From Paracoccaceae bacterium (GTDB taxonomy: Bacteria > Pseudomonadota > Alphaproteobacteria > Rhodobacterales > Rhodobacteraceae), in the NCBI GenBank assembly GCA_039767595.1, contig JBDNBY010000080.1, positions 1 through 58,134 on the forward strand: a stretch of DNA of 58,134 nucleotides, given 5' to 3'. The notes below the pieces were generated by a model. It was not told where the DNA came from. It made no database searches and was given only the letters and a program-made list of their open reading frames with translations. Numbering within the stretch: the first letter of the stretch is position 1; every line of letters begins with the position of its first letter. This document shows positions 10,043 through 20,582 of this stretch, piece by piece. A program made the translations under genes and the position numbers.

Positions 10043-11260
10043 TTAGTTTTCCGAAAACGGGCGCCCTTCGCCCAAGTGTGGAATATGTAAATGCGCAGCC
10101 ACTTGCGCGGCCACATCTGCAAAGGCCCGCTGTCCCAGCGCGCCGGCTAGTCCCGCACCGTAAGTCAAAATCGGCACTTGTTCGCGCGTGTGATCTGTCC
10201 CGATCCATGTTGGATCATTTCCATGATCGGCCGTGAAAATCATCAAATCATCGGGCCGCATGGACGGGTATATCGACGCCATTGCCTGATCAAACCATTC
10301 CAAATGACGCGCGTACCCGCTGACATCGCGGCGGTGACCGTAGAGGCTGTCGAACTCGACGAAATTCGCCATAATCAGTGCGCCATCGTCTGCGGTGTTC
10401 AAACTCTCTTCTAGCGCCGTCATGACCTGTACATCAGAGCCTTTGTGCACCTCATCAAATCCCTGATGGGCATAAATATCCGAGATTTTCCCTAGGCCAA
10501 TGACCTTGCGCCCCGCCTGCTGCGCCCAGACGGGCAAGAGCGGCTTGGGCGGGCGCATCGCATAATCGCGCCGCTTCAAGCTTCGCACAAATCCGCTCTC
10601 TTGTGTCCCGACAAAAGGACGCGCGATCACGCGGCCCACCCCCATGTCATGCAGCATTGGCGCCATGGCCTCACATAGATGATAGAGCGCATCGAGGCCA
10701 AAGACCTCTTCATGCGCGGCGATTTGGAAAACACTATCCGCAGAGGTATAGCAAATCGGGCGCCCCGTGCGGCAATGCGCATCGCCCAAGTCCTCAAGGA
10801 TCGCCGTGCCGGACGCGTGGCAATTCCCCAACATCGGCTGACCGCAAAGGGCCGTGACCCGATCAAGGATGGGTTGGGGAAAGGAGTGCGCCGTTTGAGT
10901 GAAATAATGCCATTCAAATGGCACGCGGCGGCCCGCGAGCTCCCAATGGCCCGATGGGGTGTCTTTGCCACGCGAGGCCTCAACCCCATGCCCCCATGCG
11001 CCCAAGGTAGTGGCGGGCATTAGCAACGCTGCGAGGCCTGAGGCCTGTGCAAGCGCGTGACCAATCCCCAAGGCCGATAAAAAAGGCACAGCCAGTGGGC
11101 CCGATCGTCCCTCATCGGCCTGCCCTGCGTCACAGGCCTTGGCGATGTGACCTAGCGTATTGGCCCCTGTGTCGGGCTTAGATTGGTTAAAATACTGATC
11201 TGCATCTGGCGCACCGCCGATACCGACACTGTCCATGACAATCACAAAGGCGCGCGGCAT
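10043..11260 (-). CDS. deoB: phosphopentomutase
   Basis: 405-aa ORF with the N-terminal [16 protein letters not shown] and the C-terminal [10 protein letters not shown] metal-binding motifs of DeoB. Confidence 0.93.
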   Translation of the reverse strand: MPRAFVIVMDSVGIGGAPDADQYFNQSKPDTGANTLGHIAKACDAGQADEGRSGPLAVPFLSALGIGHALAQASGLAALLMPATTLGAWGHGVEASRGKDTPSGHWELAGRRVPFEWHYFTQTAHSFPQPILDRVTALCGQPMLGNCHASGTAILEDLGDAHCRTGRPICYTSADSVFQIAAHEEVFGLDALYHLCEAMAPMLHDMGVGRVIARPFVGTQESGFVRSLKRRDYAMRPPKPLLPVWAQQAGRKVIGLGKISDIYAHQGFDEVHKGSDVQVMTALEESLNTADDGALIMANFVEFDSLYGHRRDVSGYARHLEWFDQAMASIYPSMRPDDLMIFTADHGNDPTWIGTDHTREQVPILTYGAGLAGALGQRAFADVAAQVAAHLHIPHLGEGRPFSEN

Positions 11261-12564
11261 TACGACACCTCTTGGAAAATGAGGGGCGGCGGCGTGACAG
11301 GCTGATCACTCAGCGTGATCGCGCGCTCCACCGCGTGGAAGAGATCGGCATCAATGGGCCCGCGCGCATGGATCCTCGCGATCACGCGACCTGTCTCAAG
11401 CCTATCGCCGACACTGGGTAGATCACTAAGCCCGACGGTCAGATCAATTTGATCCTTGCGGTGCATTTTTGCCCCGCCTAAACCGGCCACGATCTCGGCC
11501 AAGGCCAATGGATCCACGGCGGCAACATATCCGCCGTGTTTGGCGTAAACTGCGTCTTGAATAGGGGCGCTAGGGCAGCTGCGTTCAAATTGTGATAGAA
11601 CATCTCCCCCACCTTGGGCGATGACCGCTTGATTAAACCTCTGCGCCGCCGCACCAGAGGTGATGGCCCTGCGCGCCATCTGATCGGCCTGCTCAGGATC
11701 ATGGGCCAGATCACTTAAAATCAACGCCCGCGCGGCCAAGGCGACCGAGAGCTGCGCTAAGCGAGAGGTGAGGTCTTGGGCATGCAGAACTCTCAATGCC
11801 GCCTCGAGCTCGACGCGGTGCCCAATCGCGCTGGCCAAAGGTTGTGACATATCCGAGATCACAGCATGACAGCGCACGCCGGCCTCTTGTGCGGTTGAAA
11901 CCATAGCCTCAGCCAGATCGCGGGCGGCCGCGGCATCCGTCAAAAAGGACGCGGCCCCGAGTTTGACATCCAACACCAGCGACTGCGCCCCTTCGGCCAG
12001 TTTCTTTGACAAAATGGATGATGTAATCAAATCAATTGACGGGACGCAGGCCGTCTCGTCGCGAATCCGATAGAGCCGTTTGTCGGCGGGGGCCATATCC
12101 GCACTTGCCGACACAATCGCAAGGCCAATGTCATTGACTTGATCCTGAAACACCTCAGCCGTTTGATCGACGTTGAGGCCTGTAATGGCCTCTAATTTAT
12201 CCAGTGTCCCGCCTGTGTGCCCCAAGCCACGCCCCGAAATCATTGGCACGCGCAGCCCGCAGGCAGCTAAAATCGGCGCCACGATGAACGACGTTGCATC
12301 CCCCACACCGCCCGTGGAATGCTTATCAGCCACGACGGGCCCCGCGCCCCACTCTAGCACGCGGCCACTGTCGCGCATCGCGCAGGTCAACGCAGTGCGT
12401 AAGGCCGGCGAGAGCGGACGCAAGAGCACCGCCATCGCAAAGCTGGCGATTTGCGCATCGGTGAACGCACCCTGCCCGATCTGATCGATGAACTGGCCAA
12501 GAGCCTGCGCCTCAACAGGGTGGCCATCGCGTAGGGCACTAATGATATCTCTGGGATCCTTCAC
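11260..12564 (-). CDS. deoA: thymidine (pyrimidine-nucleoside) phosphorylase
   Basis: 434-aa ORF with the motifs [10 protein letters not shown] and [15 protein letters not shown]. Its GTG start overlaps the cdd stop (GTGA), and its stop overlaps the deoB start (TAATG). Confidence 0.93.
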   Translation of the reverse strand: MKDPRDIISALRDGHPVEAQALGQFIDQIGQGAFTDAQIASFAMAVLLRPLSPALRTALTCAMRDSGRVLEWGAGPVVADKHSTGGVGDATSFIVAPILAACGLRVPMISGRGLGHTGGTLDKLEAITGLNVDQTAEVFQDQVNDIGLAIVSASADMAPADKRLYRIRDETACVPSIDLITSSILSKKLAEGAQSLVLDVKLGAASFLTDAAAARDLAEAMVSTAQEAGVRCHAVISDMSQPLASAIGHRVELEAALRVLHAQDLTSRLAQLSVALAARALILSDLAHDPEQADQMARRAITSGAAAQRFNQAVIAQGGGDVLSQFERSCPSAPIQDAVYAKHGGYVAAVDPLALAEIVAGLGGAKMHRKDQIDLTVGLSDLPSVGDRLETGRVIARIHARGPIDADLFHAVERAITLSDQPVTPPPLIFQEVS

Positions 12565-12962
12565 GTTTCAGCGCGGTCCATATGGTGATCGCTAAACGCG
12601 CCTGGCAAAAGGTCCGCCATAGACATCTGCATCTCGACCCCGTCGAGCGTGCCCATGGTGACTTGAGCATCTTTGGCGCAGAATTCCGCCAGTTTTTGTC
12701 GGCACCCGCCGCAGGGTGTGACGGGCGTATCGGCATCCGCAACAACATAGACTTTGCGAATTTTGGCGGCCCCTCCCTTTGCCACCATCGCCGCAATAGC
12801 CCCCGCTTCGGCGCAAGTGCCCTCAGGATAGGCGACGTTTTCAACGTTGACACCTGTGAACACTGTCCCATCCTCGACTTCGATCGCGGCGCCGACTTTG
12901 AACCCCGAATAAGGCGCGTAGGCGTTTTCTCTGACGTGCACTGCGTGCTCTCTCAAATTCAT
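12561..12962 (-). CDS. cdd: cytidine deaminase
   Basis: Zn-deaminase motifs are present: CAEAGAI and PCGGCRQKLAEF. The ORF track extends to 12989. The ATG at 12962 (MNLREHAV) gives the usual N-terminus. Confidence 0.9.
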   Translation of the reverse strand: MNLREHAVHVRENAYAPYSGFKVGAAIEVEDGTVFTGVNVENVAYPEGTCAEAGAIAAMVAKGGAAKIRKVYVVADADTPVTPCGGCRQKLAEFCAKDAQVTMGTLDGVEMQMSMADLLPGAFSDHHMDRAET

Positions 12963-13098
12963 TTCGACCTCACGGATAGCGCATCTCAATACGATGCCGT
13001 TTGCCCTAAGGTGCGCTCAGTTCGCGCAAAGGTCAACTCTTGCAATTTCCCTCACGTCTCATGATAAGGGCGTCAAACGATAAACATATGAGGCCGTC

Positions 13099-15378
13099 AT
13101 GTCCGAGACCCCAATCGATCACGCAAAAAACGCCGCTTTGAATTATCATGAATTCCCCAAGCCCGGAAAATTAGAAATCCGCGCCACCAAACCCTTGGCC
13201 AATGGGCGTGATCTGGCGCGGGCCTATTCGCCCGGTGTCGCGGATGCCTCGACCGAGATTGCCAAAGATCCCTCTACGGCCAGCCGCTACACGGCGCGGG
13301 GCAACTTAGTGGCGGTGGTCTCCAATGGTTCGGCGGTTTTGGGCCTTGGCAATATCGGTGCGCTCGCGTCCAAACCAGTGATGGAGGGCAAGGCTGTCTT
13401 GTTCAAAAAATTCGCTGGCATCGATTGTTTTGACCTCGAGGTGGACGAGAGCGACCCTGAAAAGCTGGCCGATATTGTCTGCGCGCTCGAGCCGACGTTT
13501 GGCGCGATAAACTTAGAGGACATCAAAGCGCCCGATTGCTTTATTGTTGAGAAAATCTGCCGCGAGCGGATGAATATCCCTGTGTTTCATGATGACCAAC
13601 ACGGCACGGCCATTGTTGTGGGCGCGGCGATCTTCAACGCATTGCATGTGGCCGGCAAAAAGTTCGAAGACATCAAACTTGTCTCAACCGGCGGCGGCGC
13701 GGCGGGGATCGCGTGTTTGAATATGCTCATCAAACTGGGCGTCAAACGCGAGAATATCTGGCTGTGTGATTTGCAGGGCCTTGTGTACGAGGGGCGCACG
13801 GCGGATATGACCGATCAAAAGGCCGCCTTCGCGCAGCCCTCAGATCTACGCAGTTTGGACGATGTGATCGACGGGGCTGACATCTTTTTGGGCCTCTCTG
13901 GGCCTGGTGTTCTCAAACCTGAGATGGTCGGCAAAATGGCTGATCGGCCCATTTTATTTGCCCTCGCCAATCCAACGCCTGAAATCATGCCCGATCTCGC
14001 CCGCGCGCAAAATCCCAAGGCGATCATCGCCACAGGGCGCAGTGATTTTCCCAACCAAGTTAATAACGTCTTGTGCTTTCCGTTCATTTTCCGCGGCGCG
14101 TTGGATGTGGGGGCGACGGAAATCAATGATGCTATGCAAATCGCCTGTGTCGAGGCAATTGCAGAGCTGGCGCGCGCCAGCACCTCGGCCGAGGCCGCCG
14201 CAGCCTATCAAGGCGAGAGCCTGACCTTTGGGCCCGAGTATTTGATCCCCAAACCCTTTGATCCGCGTCTGTCTGGTATTGTGTCCACCGCCGTCGCCAA
14301 TGCGGCGATGCAAAGCGGGGTCGCCACGCGCCCGATTGAGGATCTTGAGGCGTATAAAGCAAAGCTCGATAGCAATGTCTTCCGCTCGGCCATGTTGATG
14401 CGTCCAGTCTTTGAGGCCGCCGCCACCACGCAGCGCCGCATTGTATTCGCCGAAGGCGAGGACGAACGTGTCTTGCGCGCCGCGCAAGCCATTTTGGAAG
14501 AAACCACCGAGCGCCCCATTTTGATCGGCCGTCCGGACGTCATTCAAATGCGCTGCGAGAAAATTGGCGTGCAATTGCGACTGGGCCAAGATTGCGCAGT
14601 GGTCGATCCCAACAACGATCACCGCTATCGCACCTATTGGAGCAGCTATCACGAATTAATGGCCCGTAATGGCGTGACGCCAGACTTGGCCAAGGCGATT
14701 TTGCGCACCAATACCACGGCGATTGCCGCTGTGATGGTGCATTTGGGCGAGGCCGATAGCATGGTCTGCGGCACGTTTGGCCAATACAATTGGCACCTAA
14801 AATATATCACGCAAATCTTAGGCGGCGCGGACCACCAGCCCCACGGCGCCCTGTCGATGATGATCATGGAAGATGGGCCGTTATTCATCGCAGACACGCA
14901 TATCAAAGTCACACCAACCCCCGAGGAAATCGTTGAAACGGTCTTGGGCGCGGCCCGACATGTGCGCCGTTTTGGAGTTGAGCCGAACATTGCGCTGTGC
15001 GCCCAATCTCAATTTGGATCAATGAACACAGATACCGGCGCCCGTATGCGCGAGGCGATCAAAATGCTCGATCAAATGAATGTCGATTTCGCCTATGAGG
15101 GGGAAATGAATATCGACAGCGCCTTGGATCCTGAATTGCGTGATCGTATTTTCCCGCAAAACCGCATGAAAGGCAAAGCGAACGTCATGATCTTTGGCCA
15201 TGTGGATGCCGCCTCAGGGGTACGCAACATCCTAAAGGCCACAGGCGGTGGATTAGAAGTGGGGCCAATTTTGATGGGCATGGGCAACCGCGCGCATATC
15301 GTCACCCCTGCGATCACACCGCGCGGATTGCTCAATATGGCGGCCGTGGCGGGGACCCCAGTGGCGCATTACGGCTAA
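13099..15378 (+). CDS. maeB: NADP-dependent malic enzyme (malic enzyme + phosphotransacetylase-like domain)
   Basis: 759-aa ORF. The N-terminal malic-enzyme core ([37 protein letters not shown]) is followed by a C-terminal PTA-like domain. Confidence 0.95.
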   Translation: MSETPIDHAKNAALNYHEFPKPGKLEIRATKPLANGRDLARAYSPGVADASTEIAKDPSTASRYTARGNLVAVVSNGSAVLGLGNIGALASKPVMEGKAVLFKKFAGIDCFDLEVDESDPEKLADIVCALEPTFGAINLEDIKAPDCFIVEKICRERMNIPVFHDDQHGTAIVVGAAIFNALHVAGKKFEDIKLVSTGGGAAGIACLNMLIKLGVKRENIWLCDLQGLVYEGRTADMTDQKAAFAQPSDLRSLDDVIDGADIFLGLSGPGVLKPEMVGKMADRPILFALANPTPEIMPDLARAQNPKAIIATGRSDFPNQVNNVLCFPFIFRGALDVGATEINDAMQIACVEAIAELARASTSAEAAAAYQGESLTFGPEYLIPKPFDPRLSGIVSTAVANAAMQSGVATRPIEDLEAYKAKLDSNVFRSAMLMRPVFEAAATTQRRIVFAEGEDERVLRAAQAILEETTERPILIGRPDVIQMRCEKIGVQLRLGQDCAVVDPNNDHRYRTYWSSYHELMARNGVTPDLAKAILRTNTTAIAAVMVHLGEADSMVCGTFGQYNWHLKYITQILGGADHQPHGALSMMIMEDGPLFIADTHIKVTPTPEEIVETVLGAARHVRRFGVEPNIALCAQSQFGSMNTDTGARMREAIKMLDQMNVDFAYEGEMNIDSALDPELRDRIFPQNRMKGKANVMIFGHVDAASGVRNILKATGGGLEVGPILMGMGNRAHIVTPAITPRGLLNMAAVAGTPVAHYG

Positions 15379-15574
15379 GATAATCAAGGATACGCAAAGC
15401 ACGATCGCGCCCTCATGCGCGGCCGTGTTTGGCGTATCTGACACAGCGGCCTACGCCAAAACCGACATGATAGCGTTAAAGGCGACCCGTTGATCTTGAA
15501 TATCACGGCGCTTCGTGCATAAACCGTGACCACTTCAAAGGTAATATCGGCGTTTATGCGCTAAAGAGGATCAC

Positions 15575-17464
15575 ATGAAATATTCAGACGTTTATGCAAG
15601 CTGGCAGCGCGACCCAGAACAGTATTGGATGACGGCCGCCGCGCCCATTTCTTGGGACAAAGCGCCCAGCAAAGCCTTGGACGACACCAACGCTCCGCTC
15701 TACGAATGGTACGCCGATGCGATGGTCAACACATGCTATAACGCTGTGGACCGCCACGTCGAGGCCGGCCATGGCGAACGTCTGGCGATCATTTACGACA
15801 GCCCTGTGACGAACACAGTCACCAAGATCACCTACGCAGAGCTTCAAGAGAAAACAGCACGTTTGGCCGGCGCCCTGCGCGACAAAGGCGTGGTCAAAGG
15901 CGACCGTGTCATCATCTATATGCCGATGATCGCCGAGTCTGTGATCGCCATGCTGGCCTGCGCGCGCATTGGGGCGATCCACTCTGTGGTCTTTGGCGGG
16001 TTTGCCGGAAGTGAATTGGCCGTTCGGATCAATGACGCGCAGCCCAAAGTGATCCTCGCCGGATCGTGCGGGATCGAACCCAACCGCGTGGTTGAATACA
16101 AACCGATGATCGACCAAGCCATCGAGATGGCTGATCACAAACCAGACGCCGTGATCATCTATCAACGCGAAAAGGCGCCCGCAGATTTGATCGAGGGCCG
16201 CGATTTTGATTGGGCCACTTGCGTCGCACAGGCCCAGCCCGCAGACTGCGTCAGCGTTGAAGGCAATCACCCCGCCTATATCCTCTATACCTCGGGCACC
16301 ACTGGCGCCCCAAAAGGGGTCGTGCGCGCCACGGCGGGCCATTTGGTCGCGCTCAATTGGACCATGAAAAATATCTATGACGTGAACCCGGGCGATGTAT
16401 TTTGGGCCGCCTCGGATGTGGGTTGGGTCGTTGGGCATTCCTATATTTGCTATGCCCCATTGATCCACGGCAACACGACCATTGTCTTTGAAGGCAAGCC
16501 GATTGGCACCCCCGATGCCGGCACATTTTGGCGCGTCATCGAAGAGCATAAGGTCAAAGTCCTCTTTACCGCGCCGACAGCCTTTCGGGCCATCAAACGC
16601 GAAGACCCAAAATGCGAGTACAAGGCGAAATATGATCTAAGCTCATTGCAATCTTTGTTCTTGGCCGGTGAACGCGCCGATCCAGACACGATTGAATGGG
16701 CGCAACAGCACCTTGGTGTGCCCGTGATCGACCATTGGTGGCAGACAGAAACCGGCTATGCCATTGCCGGCAACCCGATGGGTATTGAGAAACTCCCTGT
16801 CAAAATCGGCTCGCCCTCGGTGGCGATGCCCGGCTATGATATCCAGATCCTCGATGATGCGGGACATCCGGTGCAAAACGGTGAATTGGGCGCGATTGCG
16901 ATTAAATTACCGCTACCTCCCGGAACATTGCCAACGCTGTGGAACGCACAAGAGCGGTTTAAGAAAAGCTATCTCAACACATTCCCCGGCTATTACGAAA
17001 CGGGCGATGCAGGGATGAAGGATGACGACGGCTATGTCTATATCATGGCGCGCACCGATGATGTGATCAATGTCGCGGGCCACCGCCTGTCCACAGGCGG
17101 CATGGAAGAAGTCCTCGCCGCCCATCCCGATGTCGCCGAATGCGCCGTGATCGGGGTCACAGATCAGCTCAAAGGACAGCTGCCAGTTGGTTTTTTATGC
17201 CTCTCCAAAGGCGCCGAGCGTGACCACGCAGATGTGGTCAAAGAATGCGTAACACTGGTCAGAGAGAAAATCGGCGCCGTCGCCGCCTTTAAATTGGCCA
17301 TCGTCGTCGATCGCTTGCCCAAAACACGCTCTGGCAAAATTCTTCGCGGCACCATGGTCAAAATTGCCGATGGCGCAGAGTTCAAAATGCCCGCAACAAT
17401 TGATGATCCTGCCATTTTGGATGAAATCAAATCTGCCCTGCAAACCATTGGCTATGCTCAGTAA
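15575..17464 (+). CDS. prpE: propionate-CoA ligase (acetyl-CoA synthetase family)
   Basis: 629-aa ORF with a PrpE-like N-terminus (YWMTAAAPISWDK..NTCYNAVDRHV) and the motifs YTSGTTGAPKGV, WWQTETG and PKTRSGKILR. Confidence 0.85.
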   Translation: MKYSDVYASWQRDPEQYWMTAAAPISWDKAPSKALDDTNAPLYEWYADAMVNTCYNAVDRHVEAGHGERLAIIYDSPVTNTVTKITYAELQEKTARLAGALRDKGVVKGDRVIIYMPMIAESVIAMLACARIGAIHSVVFGGFAGSELAVRINDAQPKVILAGSCGIEPNRVVEYKPMIDQAIEMADHKPDAVIIYQREKAPADLIEGRDFDWATCVAQAQPADCVSVEGNHPAYILYTSGTTGAPKGVVRATAGHLVALNWTMKNIYDVNPGDVFWAASDVGWVVGHSYICYAPLIHGNTTIVFEGKPIGTPDAGTFWRVIEEHKVKVLFTAPTAFRAIKREDPKCEYKAKYDLSSLQSLFLAGERADPDTIEWAQQHLGVPVIDHWWQTETGYAIAGNPMGIEKLPVKIGSPSVAMPGYDIQILDDAGHPVQNGELGAIAIKLPLPPGTLPTLWNAQERFKKSYLNTFPGYYETGDAGMKDDDGYVYIMARTDDVINVAGHRLSTGGMEEVLAAHPDVAECAVIGVTDQLKGQLPVGFLCLSKGAERDHADVVKECVTLVREKIGAVAAFKLAIVVDRLPKTRSGKILRGTMVKIADGAEFKMPATIDDPAILDEIKSALQTIGYAQ

Positions 17465-17476
17465 ATTTTTAGCTTC

Positions 17477-17505
17477 AAAAGGCGCCAGAGTTTTGGCGCC
17501 TTTTT
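17477..17505. terminator. bidirectional intrinsic terminator between prpE and nadK
   Basis: A perfect 10-bp stem (AAAAGGCGCC at 17477-17486 with GGCGCCTTTT at 17495-17504) encloses an 8-nt loop, with a T-run on the plus strand and an A-run mirror. It lies between convergent stops. Confidence 0.85.
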
Positions 17506-18267
17506 CTATGTAAACTGCTCGGCGATGATCCGCTCTTCTAATCCGTGACCCGGATCGAAGAGGAGCTTATGCATCACTGATGGGTCTGAGCGCACTTTGA
17601 CATGTGTGACATTGGGCACCGACCGGCTATCAGCCTCGGCCATCACGGGGCGTTTTTTCGGCTCGATCACGTGAAATTCAACAACGGCCGATTGCGGCAA
17701 TAACGCGCCGCGCCAGCGCCGTGGGCGAAACGCTGACATCGCCGTGAGGGCCAATACTTCGGATTGGATCGGCAAAATAGGCCCGTGCGCTGAATAGTTA
17801 TAGGCGGTCGAGCCCGCAGGCGTCGCCACCAGCGCCCCATCGGCGACAAGGTGATCTAGCCGCAGTTTGCCGTCAATTGAAATCTGCAATTTCGCCGCCT
17901 GTGGCCCCATCCGCAATAGGGACACTTCGTTAATGGCCAACGCTGTGTAGATCTGACCGCTTTGTGTCGTGGCCTCCATATGCAGCGGGTGGATCTCGGC
18001 CAGCTCGGCCTCGGCCAATCGGCGATCGAGCGCGTCCAAATCAAAATCATTCATCAAAAACCCGACAGTGCCGCGATTCATCCCGTAGACCGGCAGATCA
18101 AGGTGCTGCGTGCGCTGCAGCGTTTCCAACATGAAGCCATCCCCACCCAATGCCACGAGCACCTGAGCCTGATCTTCGGGGACAAATTCGTAGAGTTGCG
18201 CCAGCTCGGCCAACGCCTGTTGCGCGTTTGGATGGGCACTTGCAGTGATGGCGATCTTCTCGGTCAT
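17506..18267 (-). CDS. nadK: NAD kinase
   Basis: The GGDGFML motif and the NAD-kinase C-domain (ATPAGSTAYNYSAHGPI) are present. The ORF track begins at 18327. The ATG at 18267 (MTEKIAIT), with AGGAA upstream, fits the family N-terminus. Confidence 0.9.
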   Translation of the reverse strand: MTEKIAITASAHPNAQQALAELAQLYEFVPEDQAQVLVALGGDGFMLETLQRTQHLDLPVYGMNRGTVGFLMNDFDLDALDRRLAEAELAEIHPLHMEATTQSGQIYTALAINEVSLLRMGPQAAKLQISIDGKLRLDHLVADGALVATPAGSTAYNYSAHGPILPIQSEVLALTAMSAFRPRRWRGALLPQSAVVEFHVIEPKKRPVMAEADSRSVPNVTHVKVRSDPSVMHKLLFDPGHGLEERIIAEQFT

Positions 18268-18300
18268 GGCGAGGGTTCCTATGGGCGGCATTTTGTCCCA

Positions 18301-18320
18301 TTGGAAACATAAATTTCCAA
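18301..18320. promoter_or_regulatory. inverted repeat TTGGAAA-N6-TTTCCAA in nadK/glyA divergent region
   Basis: Perfect 7-bp arms read directly from the sequence, lying in the non-coding region once nadK is started at 18267. Confidence 0.35.
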
Positions 18321-18384
18321 AGAACACCAGATCTGGCGTGATTAAAGGATAAAGGGACGTTTATTGCGTTTGACATCACGAAAG

Positions 18385-18398
18385 TTTCCTATAGGAAA
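18385..18398. promoter_or_regulatory. perfect 14-bp palindrome TTTCCTATAGGAAA upstream of glyA
   Basis: Read directly from the sequence, 31 nt upstream of the glyA ATG and 10 nt downstream of a TTGACA hexamer (18370-18375). It is a candidate operator. Confidence 0.4.
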
Positions 18399-18428
18399 TT
18401 TACTTAATGACAAGATTGAGGACCCCTT

Positions 18429-19715
18429 ATGACTGATACAAACGCTTTTTTCACGCAATCCCTTGCAAGTCGTGACCCAGAATTGTTCGGATCAATCCAA
18501 TCTGAATTGGGCCGCCAGCGCGATGAAATCGAGCTGATCGCTTCGGAAAATATTGTCTCTGCCGCCGTTATGGAAGCCCAAGGCAGCGTGATGACCAACA
18601 AATACGCCGAAGGCTATCCAGGCCGCCGCTATTATGGGGGCTGCCAATATGTCGATATCGCAGAGAACCTCGCGATTGCGCGCGCCAAAGAGCTGTTTAG
18701 CTGCGAATTTGCCAATGTTCAGCCGAACTCAGGATCGCAGGCCAACCAAGGCGTGTTCCAAGCGCTTGTCAAACCCGGTGAGACGATTTTGGGCATGAGC
18801 CTTGATGCCGGCGGTCACTTGACCCACGGCGCGGCACCAAACCAATCGGGTAAGTGGTTCAACGCCGTGCAATACGGTGTGCGCAAACAAGATAACTTGA
18901 TCGATTATGATCAAATGCGGGAATTGGCTCTTGAGCATAAACCCAAGCTGATCATTGCCGGCGGATCGGCGATACCCCGCGTCATTGATTTTGCCAAAAT
19001 TCGCGAAATTGCGGATGAAGTGGGCGCCTATGTGCTGGCTGATGTGGCGCATTTTGCTGGATTGATTGCGGCGGGTGAATACCCATCCCCCTTCCCACAT
19101 TGCCATGTGGCCACCACAACGACGCATAAAACATTGCGCGGCCCACGCGGCGGGATGATCTTGACCAACGATGGCGATTTGGCGAAAAAGTTTAATTCGG
19201 CCATTTTCCCAGGCATTCAAGGTGGCCCCTTGATGCATGTGATCGCGGCAAAAGCCGTGGCCTTTGGCGAGGCGCTCCAGCCTGAGTTTAAAACATACAT
19301 TCAGCAAGTGATCAAAAATGCCCAAGCCTTGTCAGATCAGCTGATCAAAGGTGGATTGGATACGGTCACGCATGGCACAGATACGCATGTGTTGCTCGTT
19401 GATTTGCGCCCCAAAGGCGTAAAAGGCAATGCAACGGAAAAAGCCCTCGAGCGCGCGCATATCACATGTAATAAAAATGGTGTGCCCTTTGATCCAGAAA
19501 AACCAATGGTCACATCGGGTATCCGCCTAGGGTCACCTGCTGGCACAACCCGCGGGTTTGGTGAGGCCGAGTTCCGCCAGATCGCAGATTGGATCATCGA
19601 AGTTGTCGATGGTTTGGCCACAAATGGCGAGGACGGCAACGCCGCTGTTGAAGCCAAGGTGAAGGCAGAAGTCGAAGCCATGTGTGCCAAGTTCTCGATG
19701 TATCCAAACCTCTAG
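18429..19715 (+). CDS. glyA: serine hydroxymethyltransferase
   Basis: 428-aa ORF with the canonical SHMT sequence ([27 protein letters not shown]-lysine motif). Confidence 0.97.
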   Translation: MTDTNAFFTQSLASRDPELFGSIQSELGRQRDEIELIASENIVSAAVMEAQGSVMTNKYAEGYPGRRYYGGCQYVDIAENLAIARAKELFSCEFANVQPNSGSQANQGVFQALVKPGETILGMSLDAGGHLTHGAAPNQSGKWFNAVQYGVRKQDNLIDYDQMRELALEHKPKLIIAGGSAIPRVIDFAKIREIADEVGAYVLADVAHFAGLIAAGEYPSPFPHCHVATTTTHKTLRGPRGGMILTNDGDLAKKFNSAIFPGIQGGPLMHVIAAKAVAFGEALQPEFKTYIQQVIKNAQALSDQLIKGGLDTVTHGTDTHVLLVDLRPKGVKGNATEKALERAHITCNKNGVPFDPEKPMVTSGIRLGSPAGTTRGFGEAEFRQIADWIIEVVDGLATNGEDGNAAVEAKVKAEVEAMCAKFSMYPNL

Positions 19716-19765
19716 GCATTTGGCTGGTGCTGCGCCAGTGAGTATATGAAAAACAAAGTTGATCA

Positions 19766-19798
19766 GGGGCGTTCCATTGCGAATGCCCTTTTTCTTTT
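19766..19798 (+). terminator. intrinsic terminator after glyA
   Basis: The stem GGGGCGTTC / GAATGCCC (one G-U pair) has a 6-nt loop and is followed by TTTTTCTTTT. Confidence 0.75.
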
Positions 19799-19826
19799 GT
19801 AGCTGTTGGAAAATGGCGGAGGCAAC

Positions 19827-20582
19827 ATGTTACATTATTATGAATACGGCGCGGAGCATGGCGGGCGGCCTATTGTCATTGTTCATGGGCTGTTTGGCTC
19901 CGGGAAAAATTGGGGCACCGTGGCCAAGGCCCTGAGCGTCACGCGGCATGTCATCTGTGTGGATCAGCGGAACCATGGGCATAGCCCGTGGCATGATGTG
20001 CATGATTACCCAAGCATGGCACAAGATATCGCGGAGGTCATTGATCACTTTGGGGGGTGTGCAGACCTTATCGGGCACTCCATGGGCGGCAAAGCGGCCA
20101 TGTACCTTGCGCTGAGCATGCCGCAGCGGGTTGGCACCCTTTTGGTCGCGGATATCGCGCCTGTGGCTTATGGCCATTCGCAAAGCCAACATATTGAGGC
20201 AATGCGCCAAGTGCCCGCAGAGGCGCTGGCAAAGCGCAGCACAGCCATCGCGGCATTATTAGAAGCGACCCAAGATCGGAATTTGGCAGCGTTTTTTGGG
20301 CAATCCATTGATGTGGCACAGGGGCGTTGGCTGTTGAATTTAGATGTTCTGGAGACGGAGATGCCAAAAGTCTTGGAGTTTCCACAAGTGAGGGGCCACT
20401 TTGAGGGGCGCACGCTCTTTCTATCGGGGGGGCTGTCGGATTATGTTTTGCCGGACCATCGCCCACGTATCAAAGAGCTCTTTGCGCAGGCACAATTTGC
20501 TAAGCTAAGCGGTGCGGGTCATTGGCTTCATGCAGAAAAGCCTGCAGCATTCATCGCAACGGCGCAAAATTTCCTCAATTAA
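19827..20582 (+). CDS. alpha/beta hydrolase (YbfF-like esterase family)
   Basis: The nucleophile elbow GHSMGG and the C-terminal AGHWLH histidine motif are present. The ATG at 19827 has a GGAGG RBS, whereas the ORF track uses a TTG at 19806. Confidence 0.8.
   Translation: MLHYYEYGAEHGGRPIVIVHGLFGSGKNWGTVAKALSVTRHVICVDQRNHGHSPWHDVHDYPSMAQDIAEVIDHFGGCADLIGHSMGGKAAMYLALSMPQRVGTLLVADIAPVAYGHSQSQHIEAMRQVPAEALAKRSTAIAALLEATQDRNLAAFFGQSIDVAQGRWLLNLDVLETEMPKVLEFPQVRGHFEGRTLFLSGGLSDYVLPDHRPRIKELFAQAQFAKLSGAGHWLHAEKPAAFIATAQNFLN

Noticed and set aside
13954-14652. A 232-aa minus-strand ORF lies inside maeB. The similar 15584-16549 ORF (321 aa) lies inside prpE.
   Set aside because: Both are shadow ORFs opposite unambiguous, full-length conserved enzymes.
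15379-15574. Imperfect long-range inverted repeats lie in the maeB-prpE spacer: GATACGCAAA/TTTGGCGTATC and GCATAAAC/GTTTATGC.
   Set aside because: The stems are interrupted and lack a T-tract. They could be a weak terminator or a leader structure, but the evidence is too thin to call a feature.
18328-18428. I considered a riboswitch (ZTP, THF or glycine) in the glyA leader.
   Set aside because: The leader is short, and I could not find the conserved cores of these RNAs. The visible structure is DNA-palindrome-like rather than a multi-helix RNA fold. A covariance-model scan (Rfam/Infernal) would settle it.
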